From a virus (Duplodnaviria; Caudoviricetes): DNA of 55,789 nucleotides. The notes under the pieces are model-generated. The model searched no databases and was not told where the DNA came from. It saw only the letters and a list, made by a program, of their open reading frames with translations. Position numbers and translations under genes: made by a program. The stretch is taken from the IMG/VR virus record IMGVR_UViG_3300024259_000042, positions 1 to 55,789 of that record; one strand, written 5' to 3'. Positions 46,535-55,789 of this stretch are shown in pieces (within the stretch, counting starts at the first letter, position 1; each line of letters opens with the position of its first letter).

Positions 46535-46651
46535 ATGAAAAAACTAAATATATATATTAGCTCAAGGAGATTAAGACCTTATAACAATAGTAAGAAACTG
46601 AATGTATATATTAGCTCAAGAAGGTTGAGACCTTATACAGAGAGGGGATAA
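46535..46651 (+). CDS. 38-aa basic peptide with internal duplication
   Basis: MKKLNIYISSRRLRPYNNSKKLNVYISSRRLRPYTERG; 4 of 5 differences between the 43-nt repeats are synonymous. Confidence 0.55.
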   Translation: MKKLNIYISSRRLRPYNNSKKLNVYISSRRLRPYTERG

Positions 46652-48622
46652 ATGGCAAAATTTAGTGTTTCCAATTTAGATAGTTTAACTGTAACTGGTG
46701 GAAGTATTACTGGTATTACAGATTTAGTTGTTGCTGATGGTGGTACTGGAGTAAGTACATTAACTGATGGAGGTATATTAGTTGGTAGTGGTGTAGGTCC
46801 AATTACTGCTCTTGGTGTTGCTGCTAATGGTGAGATTCCTATTGGAGATGGAACTACTGATCCTACTCTTGGAACAATTACTGCTGGAGATGGTATAGAC
46901 GTTACTAATGCTGCTGGAACTATTACGGTTGATACGGATTTGAAATCTGAGGGTGGTATTGTCATTGAAAGTGGTGAATTGGCAATGGATTTAGATGGTT
47001 CAAATATAACTGGGACATTAGCAGTTAGTGGTGGTGGAACCGGACTCACAGCCTCACCCATAACCGTGCCTTTGGGTGGCACAGGAGCCACGACATTAAC
47101 GGACCACGGGGTTGTCCTGGGTAGCGGGACTGCAGCTGTGAGTATTACGGATTCAGGTGCCAACGGTGAGGTGCTGGTGAGCAACGGAAGTGCGGCTGAC
47201 CCTGATTGGGAGTATCAGCCGAAACAAAATCTTTTAGGAAATAGTGGTTTCGGAGTTTGGAGTAATTCGGAGGATTTATACACTACTGCGGGGACTGCCG
47301 TTGGAGATGCTACGGTTGAAGATGCTACTGATTTGATTCTCAATGGTAATATGGGAAGCTGGCAAGGTGTTGACCCTGATTATCCTGTTGGGTGGTCTAT
47401 TAATGGAGCTGACGCTGGAGAAGTATCTGACGGTGGTGGGGTTATGCACCTCCATACGGATGCTGGAAATGAAGGAGTTGCTACAAACACCTATACTTTA
47501 ACAGCAGGTAAACTTTACGAATTTAGTGGTAGTTTTACAAGGGTGTCCGGAAATATTGTATTAAGAATACACACTGGTGCTGGAGGACTTCATGAAGCAG
47601 TAACTTTAACAGCTACAGATACAACCTTTTCATATGTGTTTGAAAATACATCCACAGGAGCTTCTGGTTACATAATAATCTGGTCATCTGGTGCAGCAGA
47701 ATGGAACATCGACAAAGTACAACTCCAAGAAGTCACCCCAGGGATTGTGAGTGCTACAAGCCTTGGACCAGATGGATGGTATGTTGAAACAGCAGCCGAT
47801 TGTTGGAGAGAACAATGGGATATGACAGCAAATCATTTTGGAGGAACTTATAATGTTTATGGTGGAAGTATATATTCTTTAAAAGTTACACCTAACGCCC
47901 AAAATGATAGAGTATTTTGTAAACTTGTAAACGGTAATTATAGTAGTCCTAATATGGCTGCAATGCAAGCAGGTAGAACCTTTACTTTTGGCGCCTGGGT
48001 TAAAGCATCAGTAGCTTCAGATGTAAAGTTAATGTTATATAATGATGTTGATGGTTATGTGTATTCAAATAATTATGGAATTTTAGATACATGGACATGG
48101 TTAGAAGTTACATCAACAATGAGTAGTACGAGTCCAACTCAAAATTTTTGGTCAGGATTTAGATTTTTAAATGCATCTCCAGGAACCACCTATATTTCAT
48201 CTCCGATGTTGGTCTTTGGATCAAGTATAGGAGAGGGGAACTATGTGCAACCTCCTGGTGAGTGGGTGTATTTGGATGACCAAACTGGAAGTAATTCTTT
48301 GATATATAATGCAGCATCAATAAACGAAGCCGCTGGGGCAATTGTTTATATCGAAACTCTTACAGAGGGTAGGATACCTAAAGGTATTAAATCTTTAAAT
48401 TTAAGACTTGGAGGGAGAACCGCTACAGCAGAAAAATATCTTAATTTTCGTATAGCAAGTGGTTCTAATCAAGGAGCACCAACATATGCTCAAGTTGCAG
48501 ATAAATATATCACACACAATTTTATTATACCATGTGATGCAAATGGAAATATAAATGTTATAACAAATAATGCTTGGACAGATGTAAGCTTGCGGGTTAT
48601 AGCCGTCCAAATAGCCTCATAA
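46652..48622 (+). CDS. Tail fibre/receptor-binding protein 1
   Basis: GGTG fibre repeats followed by carbohydrate-binding-like modules; paralogous to fibres 2 and 3. Confidence 0.75.
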   Translation: MAKFSVSNLDSLTVTGGSITGITDLVVADGGTGVSTLTDGGILVGSGVGPITALGVAANGEIPIGDGTTDPTLGTITAGDGIDVTNAAGTITVDTDLKSEGGIVIESGELAMDLDGSNITGTLAVSGGGTGLTASPITVPLGGTGATTLTDHGVVLGSGTAAVSITDSGANGEVLVSNGSAADPDWEYQPKQNLLGNSGFGVWSNSEDLYTTAGTAVGDATVEDATDLILNGNMGSWQGVDPDYPVGWSINGADAGEVSDGGGVMHLHTDAGNEGVATNTYTLTAGKLYEFSGSFTRVSGNIVLRIHTGAGGLHEAVTLTATDTTFSYVFENTSTGASGYIIIWSSGAAEWNIDKVQLQEVTPGIVSATSLGPDGWYVETAADCWREQWDMTANHFGGTYNVYGGSIYSLKVTPNAQNDRVFCKLVNGNYSSPNMAAMQAGRTFTFGAWVKASVASDVKLMLYNDVDGYVYSNNYGILDTWTWLEVTSTMSSTSPTQNFWSGFRFLNASPGTTYISSPMLVFGSSIGEGNYVQPPGEWVYLDDQTGSNSLIYNAASINEAAGAIVYIETLTEGRIPKGIKSLNLRLGGRTATAEKYLNFRIASGSNQGAPTYAQVADKYITHNFIIPCDANGNINVITNNAWTDVSLRVIAVQIAS

Positions 48623-48658
48623 CAAACATAAATATAAACATAAGGAGAATATAAAACA

Positions 48659-49531
48659 ATGGCAACAATAGTAAATAATGTTAAAGACATAGACGGAACA
48701 AAACAATGGGTCTATATCACCCTGACAGTGGATGGTGACACTTGTGCTTACGTTACCGTGCAACCGTGGAACACAGCTACACCTGTTCTTAATGGCACAG
48801 ACCTGCAAGCCTTCTGTGACAACAGAGAAGCCACCTATCAAGTTGAGGTATTAAAAGGTATGTACCCTAATGCTCGCTACCAAGATTCCGCTGGTGACAC
48901 AGAATTAGAGAAGTTTACCCAATGGATCACAGATGGGAATACCAACTCCGCATACTGTAAATCAGGTAGTCCTTATTGTACTATAGCAAGTGCAGAAGCA
49001 TATTGTGATGGAGCAGAAGGAAATGACCAAGCTACTTGTGAACTTAATGAAGGTATTTGGGTTCCAGCAGTTACTTCCCCAGCCACACAAGAAGCATGTG
49101 AAACAGCAGATGGTACCTGGGTTACAACTTTTGACACAGCAGAAAAAGCTGCCCTAGCCAATGGTCAATGGATTGCAGAAGAAGTAATCACTAAGGTTCC
49201 TTTTGAAGGTTCCCACACCTACACTGGTGATATGAGAACAAGGAAATTAGAGGAATTAAATACTGACCTTCAGACCTACCTTTATACTAAATACGATGTA
49301 GGTACTCAAATCTCCTTCCAAGCTATTGAAACAAGAGTAGATACACCAGAAGTAGTTAAGACTGCCCTAGGAACCTTATTTACATGGATTTCAGGAGTGA
49401 TGAATTATTACTATGCAAGAAAGATAGCAATAAGAGATGGTGAAGGATGGCAGGAAGAAACATGGGATTATACTACATTTGATGCAACTGATCCTGAAAT
49501 TTCACTTGAAGCATTGATGGGGCCACAATAA
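48659..49531 (+). CDS. Fibre companion (chaperone/adhesin-like) protein 1
   Basis: Directly after fibre 1; paralogue of 54482-55171; Cys/Trp mini-repeats. Confidence 0.6.
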   Translation: MATIVNNVKDIDGTKQWVYITLTVDGDTCAYVTVQPWNTATPVLNGTDLQAFCDNREATYQVEVLKGMYPNARYQDSAGDTELEKFTQWITDGNTNSAYCKSGSPYCTIASAEAYCDGAEGNDQATCELNEGIWVPAVTSPATQEACETADGTWVTTFDTAEKAALANGQWIAEEVITKVPFEGSHTYTGDMRTRKLEELNTDLQTYLYTKYDVGTQISFQAIETRVDTPEVVKTALGTLFTWISGVMNYYYARKIAIRDGEGWQEETWDYTTFDATDPEISLEALMGPQ

Positions 49532-49532
49532 G

Positions 49533-49540
49533 TATAAATA
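49533..49540 (+). promoter_or_regulatory. Late promoter
   Basis: TATAAATA. Confidence 0.6.
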
Positions 49541-49596
49541 AGGAAGTATACCAAGAAGATGTATGCAGGTATGAGGACAATTAAGAATAAAGAGGA

Positions 49597-52221
49597 GTGC
49601 TAATAGTGTCAATTATAAAAGAAACAAGCACAGGTGAAAATTACCTACAAAAGACAACTACAACTGCTGATAGTCCTGGACATTCTGCTGTTCAATTATA
49701 TGAGAGTCAGAATGGTAGTGAAGGTACTTCCAGTAATACAATATATACATTAACCTTAGGTACTTATGTAACTGGTAGTAATACATTAATGGTATTTATT
49801 AATGGACAGAAATGTGAAAGAATGGATAGTCCGTTAAATGCTACTCAATATAGTGAAACTAATAGTACCACAGTGACGTTTGGTGCTACCTTACAAGATG
49901 CTGATTTTGTAGAGTTTGTTGTTGCTGGTGCATATCTACTGGATGGTACTGATGTCAATGACTTAAAAAGGTTCTGGTATATCATTAGTGTTGATACCAA
50001 TGCCACAGTATTTGGTGGTTACTTAATTGATGCCTCTGGAGGTAATGTAACATTAACCTTACCTATTGCTCCAAGTGTTGGTGATTATGTTGGTGTATGT
50101 GACTATAGGGATCAAGCGGAGATTAATGTAATAACAGTTGCTAGGAATGGTAAGTTAATTGAAAGTGCTTCAGAGGATCTGGTGGTTGATGTTGCTGGTT
50201 CCAGTTTTGATTTAATCTATACTGATGCTGCAAGAGGTTGGCAAGTATTAAGTTTAACTGGTACAAGTGGTATTGCATTAACTGATATAGTGGATGATTT
50301 AACACCTCAACTGGGTGGGGATCTGGATGCTAATGGTAATGATATAACCATTGATAATCTAACTGCAAGTAAGCCAGTATTTACAGATGCTAGTAAGGTT
50401 CTGGTAAGTACAGGAACTTTAGGTGTGGATCAAGGTGGAACTGGTGCAACTACAGCCTCATCCGCTAGGGATAATATAGGATTAGGGGATTTAAGTACAT
50501 TAAATAGTCCACTACAAGTTGTTAGTGGTGGAACTGGTGCGGTTAGTTTAACTGATGGAGGGTTATTGTTAGGAAGTGGAACAGATGCTATAACCGCTCT
50601 TGGTGCTGCATCTAATGGTGAGATTCCAATAGGGGATGGAACAACTGATCCACAATTAGGGACAATAACTGCTGGTGAAGGTATTGATATAACTAATGGT
50701 GCAGGAAGTATCACTGTGGCTGGTGAGGATGCAAGTGCTACAAATAAAGGTGTAGTTGAACTAGCTACTGGAGCGGAAAGTCTTACAGGTACAAGTGGAA
50801 CATTATCAGTGACTCCGAGTGCTATGGACTATGTGCTGGACAATCGTAATCCTAATATGGTGAATTTATTAGGGAATAGTGGATTTGGGGTTTGGAGTAA
50901 TTCGGAGGATTTGTATACGACTGCTGGGACTGTGCCGAGTGTTGGTGATGGGTATGATTTAATAACTTATGGTAACATGGAAGCGGGTACAGGCGACCCT
51001 TGGCTACCTACTAATTGGACTAAATATGCTGGAACAGAAGGAACAGGTGAGTTAGCTGAAGATACAAGTGATAAGCATAGTGGATCTGCTTCCCTAAAAA
51101 TAAATGTGTCATCTGCTAGTGAGGGTATTAATAGCGAACCTGGAACTTATGAAGCAGGAAAACTTTATGAAATATCCGCATGGATAAAACGTACAAGTGG
51201 GACATTAGTTGTCGGTGTTTATGATAATGGAGTTATCCCAAGGGTAACTATATCGAGTGGATATGCAACATGGACACAATTGACATTTGTTCATGAAGCG
51301 TTAGATACATCATTCCTGGTTCAATTTGCATCTAGCGGAGGCGCAGCAGTATTTGGTATTGATGATGTCAGCGTCCACGAAGTCACCCCCGGCATCGTGA
51401 GCGGGACCGCTGGGCCGGATGGGTGGTATAAGTCTGCCGGGTTATATGTTTATAGAGAACATGATGGGGCTAATACTAAAGATGGCTCTTTTTATTCATT
51501 AAAAATCTACAATCCCACAGGTTCGGCAGAAACATTTCTATGGAATGGCGGTCAACTTGGAGTAAATGTAGATTTCTGCCGAAATTTAAATGGGAGAACA
51601 CTTGCCGCTGGAGCATGGGTTAAGGCTGACGGAGCTTCTAAAGTAAAATTGAAGCATCTAACGAATGGTGCTACATATGCAGATACATCTACACTAAATG
51701 TAGGAACTGATTATGAGTGGCTTGAGGGTAGTTTTGTGGTTGATACAGACGTTATAGACGTAAGGCCGTTTGCGCTAGACATTGCAGCTGGAGCTACCGC
51801 CTACATATCCCAGCCAATGCTGGTCTTCGGCTCAAGCATCGGGGAGGGGAACTTTTGCGCTCCGGTGGGGGAGGTGGTTTGGTTGGAGGATACAAATAAT
51901 TTCCCTACTGGATGGAACAACTCCAGCCTAACTACCGGGGATAGTTTTGGTCTAGAAGTCATTACTTCAGGACAATTACCGAAAGGAGTGGTTGCCTTTT
52001 TTGCCATGATAGAAGCAACCGCTGATGCTGCAAGCCGGTATCTATTCTTGAAAGCCACTGGTGTTACTGATAGGAGTTTACGAATAAGTAGTGCTGGAAA
52101 TGTAGCATGCTCTGCACAGGGGTGGGTAATTCTTGGCAGTAACGGTAATTTTATAGTGGAAACATCTGGAGCATGGACAACCGGATATATACGCATTGTG
52201 GCAGCCCAAGTATCCCCATAA
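49597..52221 (+). CDS. Tail fibre/receptor-binding protein 2
   Basis: TLTLP..P.VGD, TPQLGGDLDANG, GGTG repeats, KGVVELAT; start may be GTG 49606. Confidence 0.75.
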   Translation: MLIVSIIKETSTGENYLQKTTTTADSPGHSAVQLYESQNGSEGTSSNTIYTLTLGTYVTGSNTLMVFINGQKCERMDSPLNATQYSETNSTTVTFGATLQDADFVEFVVAGAYLLDGTDVNDLKRFWYIISVDTNATVFGGYLIDASGGNVTLTLPIAPSVGDYVGVCDYRDQAEINVITVARNGKLIESASEDLVVDVAGSSFDLIYTDAARGWQVLSLTGTSGIALTDIVDDLTPQLGGDLDANGNDITIDNLTASKPVFTDASKVLVSTGTLGVDQGGTGATTASSARDNIGLGDLSTLNSPLQVVSGGTGAVSLTDGGLLLGSGTDAITALGAASNGEIPIGDGTTDPQLGTITAGEGIDITNGAGSITVAGEDASATNKGVVELATGAESLTGTSGTLSVTPSAMDYVLDNRNPNMVNLLGNSGFGVWSNSEDLYTTAGTVPSVGDGYDLITYGNMEAGTGDPWLPTNWTKYAGTEGTGELAEDTSDKHSGSASLKINVSSASEGINSEPGTYEAGKLYEISAWIKRTSGTLVVGVYDNGVIPRVTISSGYATWTQLTFVHEALDTSFLVQFASSGGAAVFGIDDVSVHEVTPGIVSGTAGPDGWYKSAGLYVYREHDGANTKDGSFYSLKIYNPTGSAETFLWNGGQLGVNVDFCRNLNGRTLAAGAWVKADGASKVKLKHLTNGATYADTSTLNVGTDYEWLEGSFVVDTDVIDVRPFALDIAAGATAYISQPMLVFGSSIGEGNFCAPVGEVVWLEDTNNFPTGWNNSSLTTGDSFGLEVITSGQLPKGVVAFFAMIEATADAASRYLFLKATGVTDRSLRISSAGNVACSAQGWVILGSNGNFIVETSGAWTTGYIRIVAAQVSP

Positions 52222-52233
52222 GGAGAAACCAAA

Positions 52234-52341
52234 ATGATTATCAACAATGCAAAACTTGTCAATCGAACAGATGACCCGATTAAGCAGTGGGTTTATATCA
52301 CACTCACGGTTGATGAGGATGAATGTCGCACCACCAAATGA
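52234..52341 (+). pseudogene. Truncated fibre companion gene
   Basis: 35 aa MIINNAK...KQWVYITLTVD matches the N-terminus of 48659-49531; AAGGAG SD intact. Confidence 0.75.
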
Positions 52342-52392
52342 CCCAAAGATTATAAGCAATAGAAGTATAACAGTTTAAGGAGTATAATATAA

Positions 52393-54468
52393 ATGACAAA
52401 TTTATCAACTTTATATGCAGCAATAAATTTAGCAGGTGATACAACTCCGCAATTAGGTGGAAACCTTGATGCTAATGGAAATGATATTACTATTGATAAT
52501 TTAACAGCTAATAAACCTGTTGTTACTGATATTAATAAAACTTTAGTTAGCACAAATACTATCCCTGTTAGTTCAGGTGGTACTGGTGTTAGTACCTTAA
52601 CTGATGGAGGAATTCTACTAGGAAGTGGTACTGATAATATAACTGCAACTGCTGTATTAAGTGCAGGTGAAATGATTGTTGGAGATGGGAGTGGGGATCC
52701 AACTACACTAAGAAGTGGTCAAACTGATGAAATCTTGGTTGGAGGGGAAACAGTCCCTACTTGGACGGTAGCAACTGGAAGTGGTGCTCCTGTTAGAACA
52801 ACAAGCCCAACCCTGGTTGCACCTGCTATTGGAACTCCAGCAAGTGGTGTTCTTACTAATACTACTGGACTCCCTTTAACAACAGGGGTTACAGGAACTT
52901 TACCAGTGGAGAATGGAGGAACTGAAACCACAAGTTTAACGGATCACGGGGTAATGCTAGGAAGTGGGACTGCTGCTGTATCGGTTACTGATAGTGGATT
53001 GGATGGAGAGGTGCTAGTTTCTAATGGTTCTGCGGCTGATCCCGATTGGGAGTATATGCCGAAACAGAACCTTTTGACTAATAGTGGATTTGGGGTTTGG
53101 AGTAATTCGGAGGGGCTTTATGATCCGAGTACGGGGGCTGTGCCTGCTGCTGGGGATGCTACTGATTTAGTCACGAATGGTACAGCGTGGACAGGTGCTA
53201 CAGGAGCAACACCTCCAACTGGTTGGAATACAAATATTGCTGGAACATGGACTATATTTGATTCTGGAGATGGTGCTCCATATGATGTATGTTTGAAATT
53301 TGCAGTAAATTCTACTCCAGTGGCAGTGCCAACATTAAGAACAACTGTTACGACAGAAGTAGGAAAACTATATGAATACTCATTTGCATATAAACAAGGT
53401 GATGCAGCTGCATTGAACTGGACTATTGACGAAGGAGCTTATGGTGATGGAGATTATGGTTCCGGACAAGTAACAGATGCCACATGGACAACACATACAA
53501 CAATTTTTGAGGCCACCTCTACAACTTGTTATATATTTTTTCAAATTAATGATGCAGATGCAAACCAATATTGTTTACTTGATTCCGTTCAACTCCACGA
53601 AGTCACCCCCGGCATCGTGAGCGCCGCTAGCACTGGGCCGGATGGGTGGTTTAAAGATGGCGCTGACCTTGATATTTTCAGAATGCACAGTGATGGGAAC
53701 ACTGAAGATATTACAAAATTAGGTAGTTTTTATGCAGTAAAGTTAGTTCCAAGCTCTGCCACACAAAGTCTTATGTGGCAAGGCAATGGCAAGTATTCAT
53801 CCGTAAAAGCAATGGAGTTTGCTGGAAGAACGATAACAGTTGGTGCTTGGGTGAAAACTGCAACTGGAACCCATGCAAGATTGATGGTGTGGGCTTATGC
53901 TGTTGCAAATGTTTATAGTGATTATCATACTGGCGGAGGAGATTGGGAATGGTTAGAATATACCTATACTGTGCCTGACACTATTACTGGATTTGCTGTT
54001 GGTATAGTATTAACTCAATCATCTGGAACCGCCTACATCTCCCAGCCAATGCTGGTCTTCGGCTCAAGCATCGGGGAGGGGAATTATGTGGCTCCGGTGG
54101 GGGAGATTGTTTGGTTGGAGTCCCGTGTACGAATAGGTGCTGATATCACCCCGGCTTCAACTGATGATAAAACATTAAATATCGAAGCATTGTCGGAAGG
54201 CAAAATACCTAAAGCAGCTAAATCGTTACTATTGGATTTGCAAGTGACCAATTCAGCAGTCACAAATAACCAAGGCGTTGTATTAAGCAGAGGTTCTGCG
54301 TTAACCTATTCGTCTCTTGTTTGCAATCCTACAGTAGCTAATTTTACACAACGAGTTCTTGGGACAGTAGAATGTGATAGTAACGGTGATATTTATCAGA
54401 CAATCACTGAGACGGATGAAACATTGAGTACTTACTATGTATTTACTTATGCGGTCCAAGTCTCATAA
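52393..54468 (+). CDS. Tail fibre/receptor-binding protein 3
   Basis: TPQLGGNLDANG, GTPASGVLTN.TGLP, conserved blocks shared with fibres 1 and 2. Confidence 0.75.
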   Translation: MTNLSTLYAAINLAGDTTPQLGGNLDANGNDITIDNLTANKPVVTDINKTLVSTNTIPVSSGGTGVSTLTDGGILLGSGTDNITATAVLSAGEMIVGDGSGDPTTLRSGQTDEILVGGETVPTWTVATGSGAPVRTTSPTLVAPAIGTPASGVLTNTTGLPLTTGVTGTLPVENGGTETTSLTDHGVMLGSGTAAVSVTDSGLDGEVLVSNGSAADPDWEYMPKQNLLTNSGFGVWSNSEGLYDPSTGAVPAAGDATDLVTNGTAWTGATGATPPTGWNTNIAGTWTIFDSGDGAPYDVCLKFAVNSTPVAVPTLRTTVTTEVGKLYEYSFAYKQGDAAALNWTIDEGAYGDGDYGSGQVTDATWTTHTTIFEATSTTCYIFFQINDADANQYCLLDSVQLHEVTPGIVSAASTGPDGWFKDGADLDIFRMHSDGNTEDITKLGSFYAVKLVPSSATQSLMWQGNGKYSSVKAMEFAGRTITVGAWVKTATGTHARLMVWAYAVANVYSDYHTGGGDWEWLEYTYTVPDTITGFAVGIVLTQSSGTAYISQPMLVFGSSIGEGNYVAPVGEIVWLESRVRIGADITPASTDDKTLNIEALSEGKIPKAAKSLLLDLQVTNSAVTNNQGVVLSRGSALTYSSLVCNPTVANFTQRVLGTVECDSNGDIYQTITETDETLSTYYVFTYAVQVS

Positions 54469-54481
54469 AAGGAGGTAGAAA

Positions 54482-55171
54482 ATGAGCATAGAAATAAATG
54501 GAACAAGATACGTCAATGAAGAAATCCAACTCTGCTTCCTGACGATAACTTATGATGGAACGGATTATAAATACAACGCCAACACCCCTGTTCTTGAAGG
54601 GTCGGCACTGCAAGCGCATTGTGACAGTAAAGAACCTCAGTGGACGTACAGCATCGTGTACCAGGAATATCCCGGTGCAAGGTTTAAGCAGTTGGAAGGT
54701 AATTCTGATTTTGAGAAGCTGTTGGCATGGGTTTCAGCAGGAGCAACCAACACCGCCTACTGTTCAATAGCTGAACACGACACCGAGGAAACGTGCCTGG
54801 AAGCAGGGGGTAAGTGGACACCTGAACAAGTAATCCAAAAGGTTCCTTTCCAAGATTCCCACACCCATACAGGTGACATGAGAACCAGGAAGCTAGAAGA
54901 ACTAAACCAAGCAGTCCAAACCTATATCTATACTAAATATGACATAGGAACCCAAGCATCATTACAAGCAATTTACACTCAACCAGGAACACTACAAGCA
55001 GTTAAAGACCAGTTTGACCTACTGTTTACCTGGATTGCTTCAGTTATGAACTACTATTATACCAAAAAGGCAACAATAAGAGATACAGAAGAATGGGAAG
55101 CTACAACATGGGATTTTACCACTTTCAATGCAACTGATCCAGATGTTTCACTTGAATCCTATATGGGATAA
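54482..55171 (+). CDS. Fibre companion protein 3
   Basis: KVPF..SHT.TGDMRTRKLEELN, YTKYD.GTQ, WD.TTF.ATDP shared with 48659-49531. Confidence 0.6.
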   Translation: MSIEINGTRYVNEEIQLCFLTITYDGTDYKYNANTPVLEGSALQAHCDSKEPQWTYSIVYQEYPGARFKQLEGNSDFEKLLAWVSAGATNTAYCSIAEHDTEETCLEAGGKWTPEQVIQKVPFQDSHTHTGDMRTRKLEELNQAVQTYIYTKYDIGTQASLQAIYTQPGTLQAVKDQFDLLFTWIASVMNYYYTKKATIRDTEEWEATTWDFTTFNATDPDVSLESYMG

Positions 55172-55195
55172 ATAAATAGAAAGGAGTATAACAAT

Positions 55196-55789
55196 ATGAA
55201 AAAAATTCTTAAATATATTTTAATGATTACATTATGCTTATGTATGTATTCCATAGCAAATGCTGAAATAAAATATAAAGGAGTGATTTATCCACAAAAT
55301 GCAACCAATGGATATTTCTTGTATTACACTACTGCTGGTGGATTGGTTAATAGTCCTTTAAGTAGTGATGGGGTGAATGTTACTAATACTGGAACCTTTA
55401 CAAGCGGAACCTTAACCATTGGAAGTGGAAGCATTACAGATAGTTCAGGTAACATAACCTTTGTAAATGAGAATTTGGTGACTACTGGAACATTGGGTGC
55501 TGGTGCTTCAACACTTGGAGTAATCACGGAGAGTGGTAATGCGGTTCCTAATGCAACTGATGGACTGGACTTCTTTGCTGCTACCACAAGTGCTGAATTA
55601 TATGGGGTATTGAGTGATGAAACTGGAACGGGAGTTGCTGTGTTTGGAACTGCTCCTACATTCACTACTAAGATTACAACCCCTGAAGTTGAAAATACTG
55701 GTGCTGTTGTAATTGACAGTACGGGAGCGGGTGTAAATGTCACGACCCATAGTGATGCTACGGATGATTTCACGGTGAATACAACTGCT
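55196..55789 (+). CDS. Partial fibre-like protein with apparent signal peptide (runs off the window)
   Basis: AAGGAG SD; MKKILKYILMITLCLCMYSIANA-E; FAATTSAELYGVLSDETGTG fibre-type motif; no stop codon to the window end. Confidence 0.65.
   Translation, partial: MKKILKYILMITLCLCMYSIANAEIKYKGVIYPQNATNGYFLYYTTAGGLVNSPLSSDGVNVTNTGTFTSGTLTIGSGSITDSSGNITFVNENLVTTGTLGAGASTLGVITESGNAVPNATDGLDFFAATTSAELYGVLSDETGTGVAVFGTAPTFTTKITTPEVENTGAVVIDSTGAGVNVTTHSDATDDFTVNTTA

Noticed and set aside
46541-46637. Mini CRISPR array
   Set aside because: Only two imperfect 43-nt copies with an 11-nt gap; differences fit codon degeneracy; no cas genes
46652-54468. Diversity-generating retroelement acting on the tail fibres
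   Set aside because: No reverse transcriptase in the window; all repeats lie in coding frames and their mismatches are not adenine-specific
46652-55171. Invertase shufflon
   Set aside because: Repeats are direct, all genes are on one strand, and no recombinase is seen
1-55789. Stop-codon reassignment, tRNA/rRNA genes, integrase
   Set aside because: Core genes are full length in the standard code and end in TAA, TAG or TGA; no RNA genes or integrase recognised

Overview
AT-rich, densely coding 55.8 kb segment of a large lytic T4-superfamily (gp41/gp43/UvsW/UvsY/gp2/gp4-type) bacteriophage. The centre (11.4-25.4 kb) is a replication/early block under TTTAC(A/T)-N17-TA(T/G)AAT promoters: UvsW, UvsY, U32-like protein, helicase, dUTPase, NADAR, DUF4338/DruA-like protein, PD-(D/E)xK nuclease, family B polymerase, ClpP and an SLT. 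The flanking blocks, where TATAAATA late-promoter boxes are evident from 30 kb onward, hold about 28 otherwise unrelated ORFs sharing a 9-14 aa N-terminal tag (MR[LF]xx[YF][ILM][NT]E, or the variant M..I[DE]KYL..E). It resembles the T4 internal-protein capsid-targeting sequence. Tagged cargo includes a CCA-adding enzyme, a PNKP-like HAD phosphatase, a DHH phosphoesterase, an amidoligase, a ParB-like protein, an HExxH protein and two expanded paralogue families. Other notable items: a covarying structured RNA leader with an RBS-sequestering pseudoknot before two unrelated homing endonucleases, a phage PEP-CTERM surface protein, a PAS + receiver pair with no kinase in view, and three tail-fibre paralogues with GC-rich conserved blocks between variable modules. 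All calls come from reading motifs by eye; no database searches were run.
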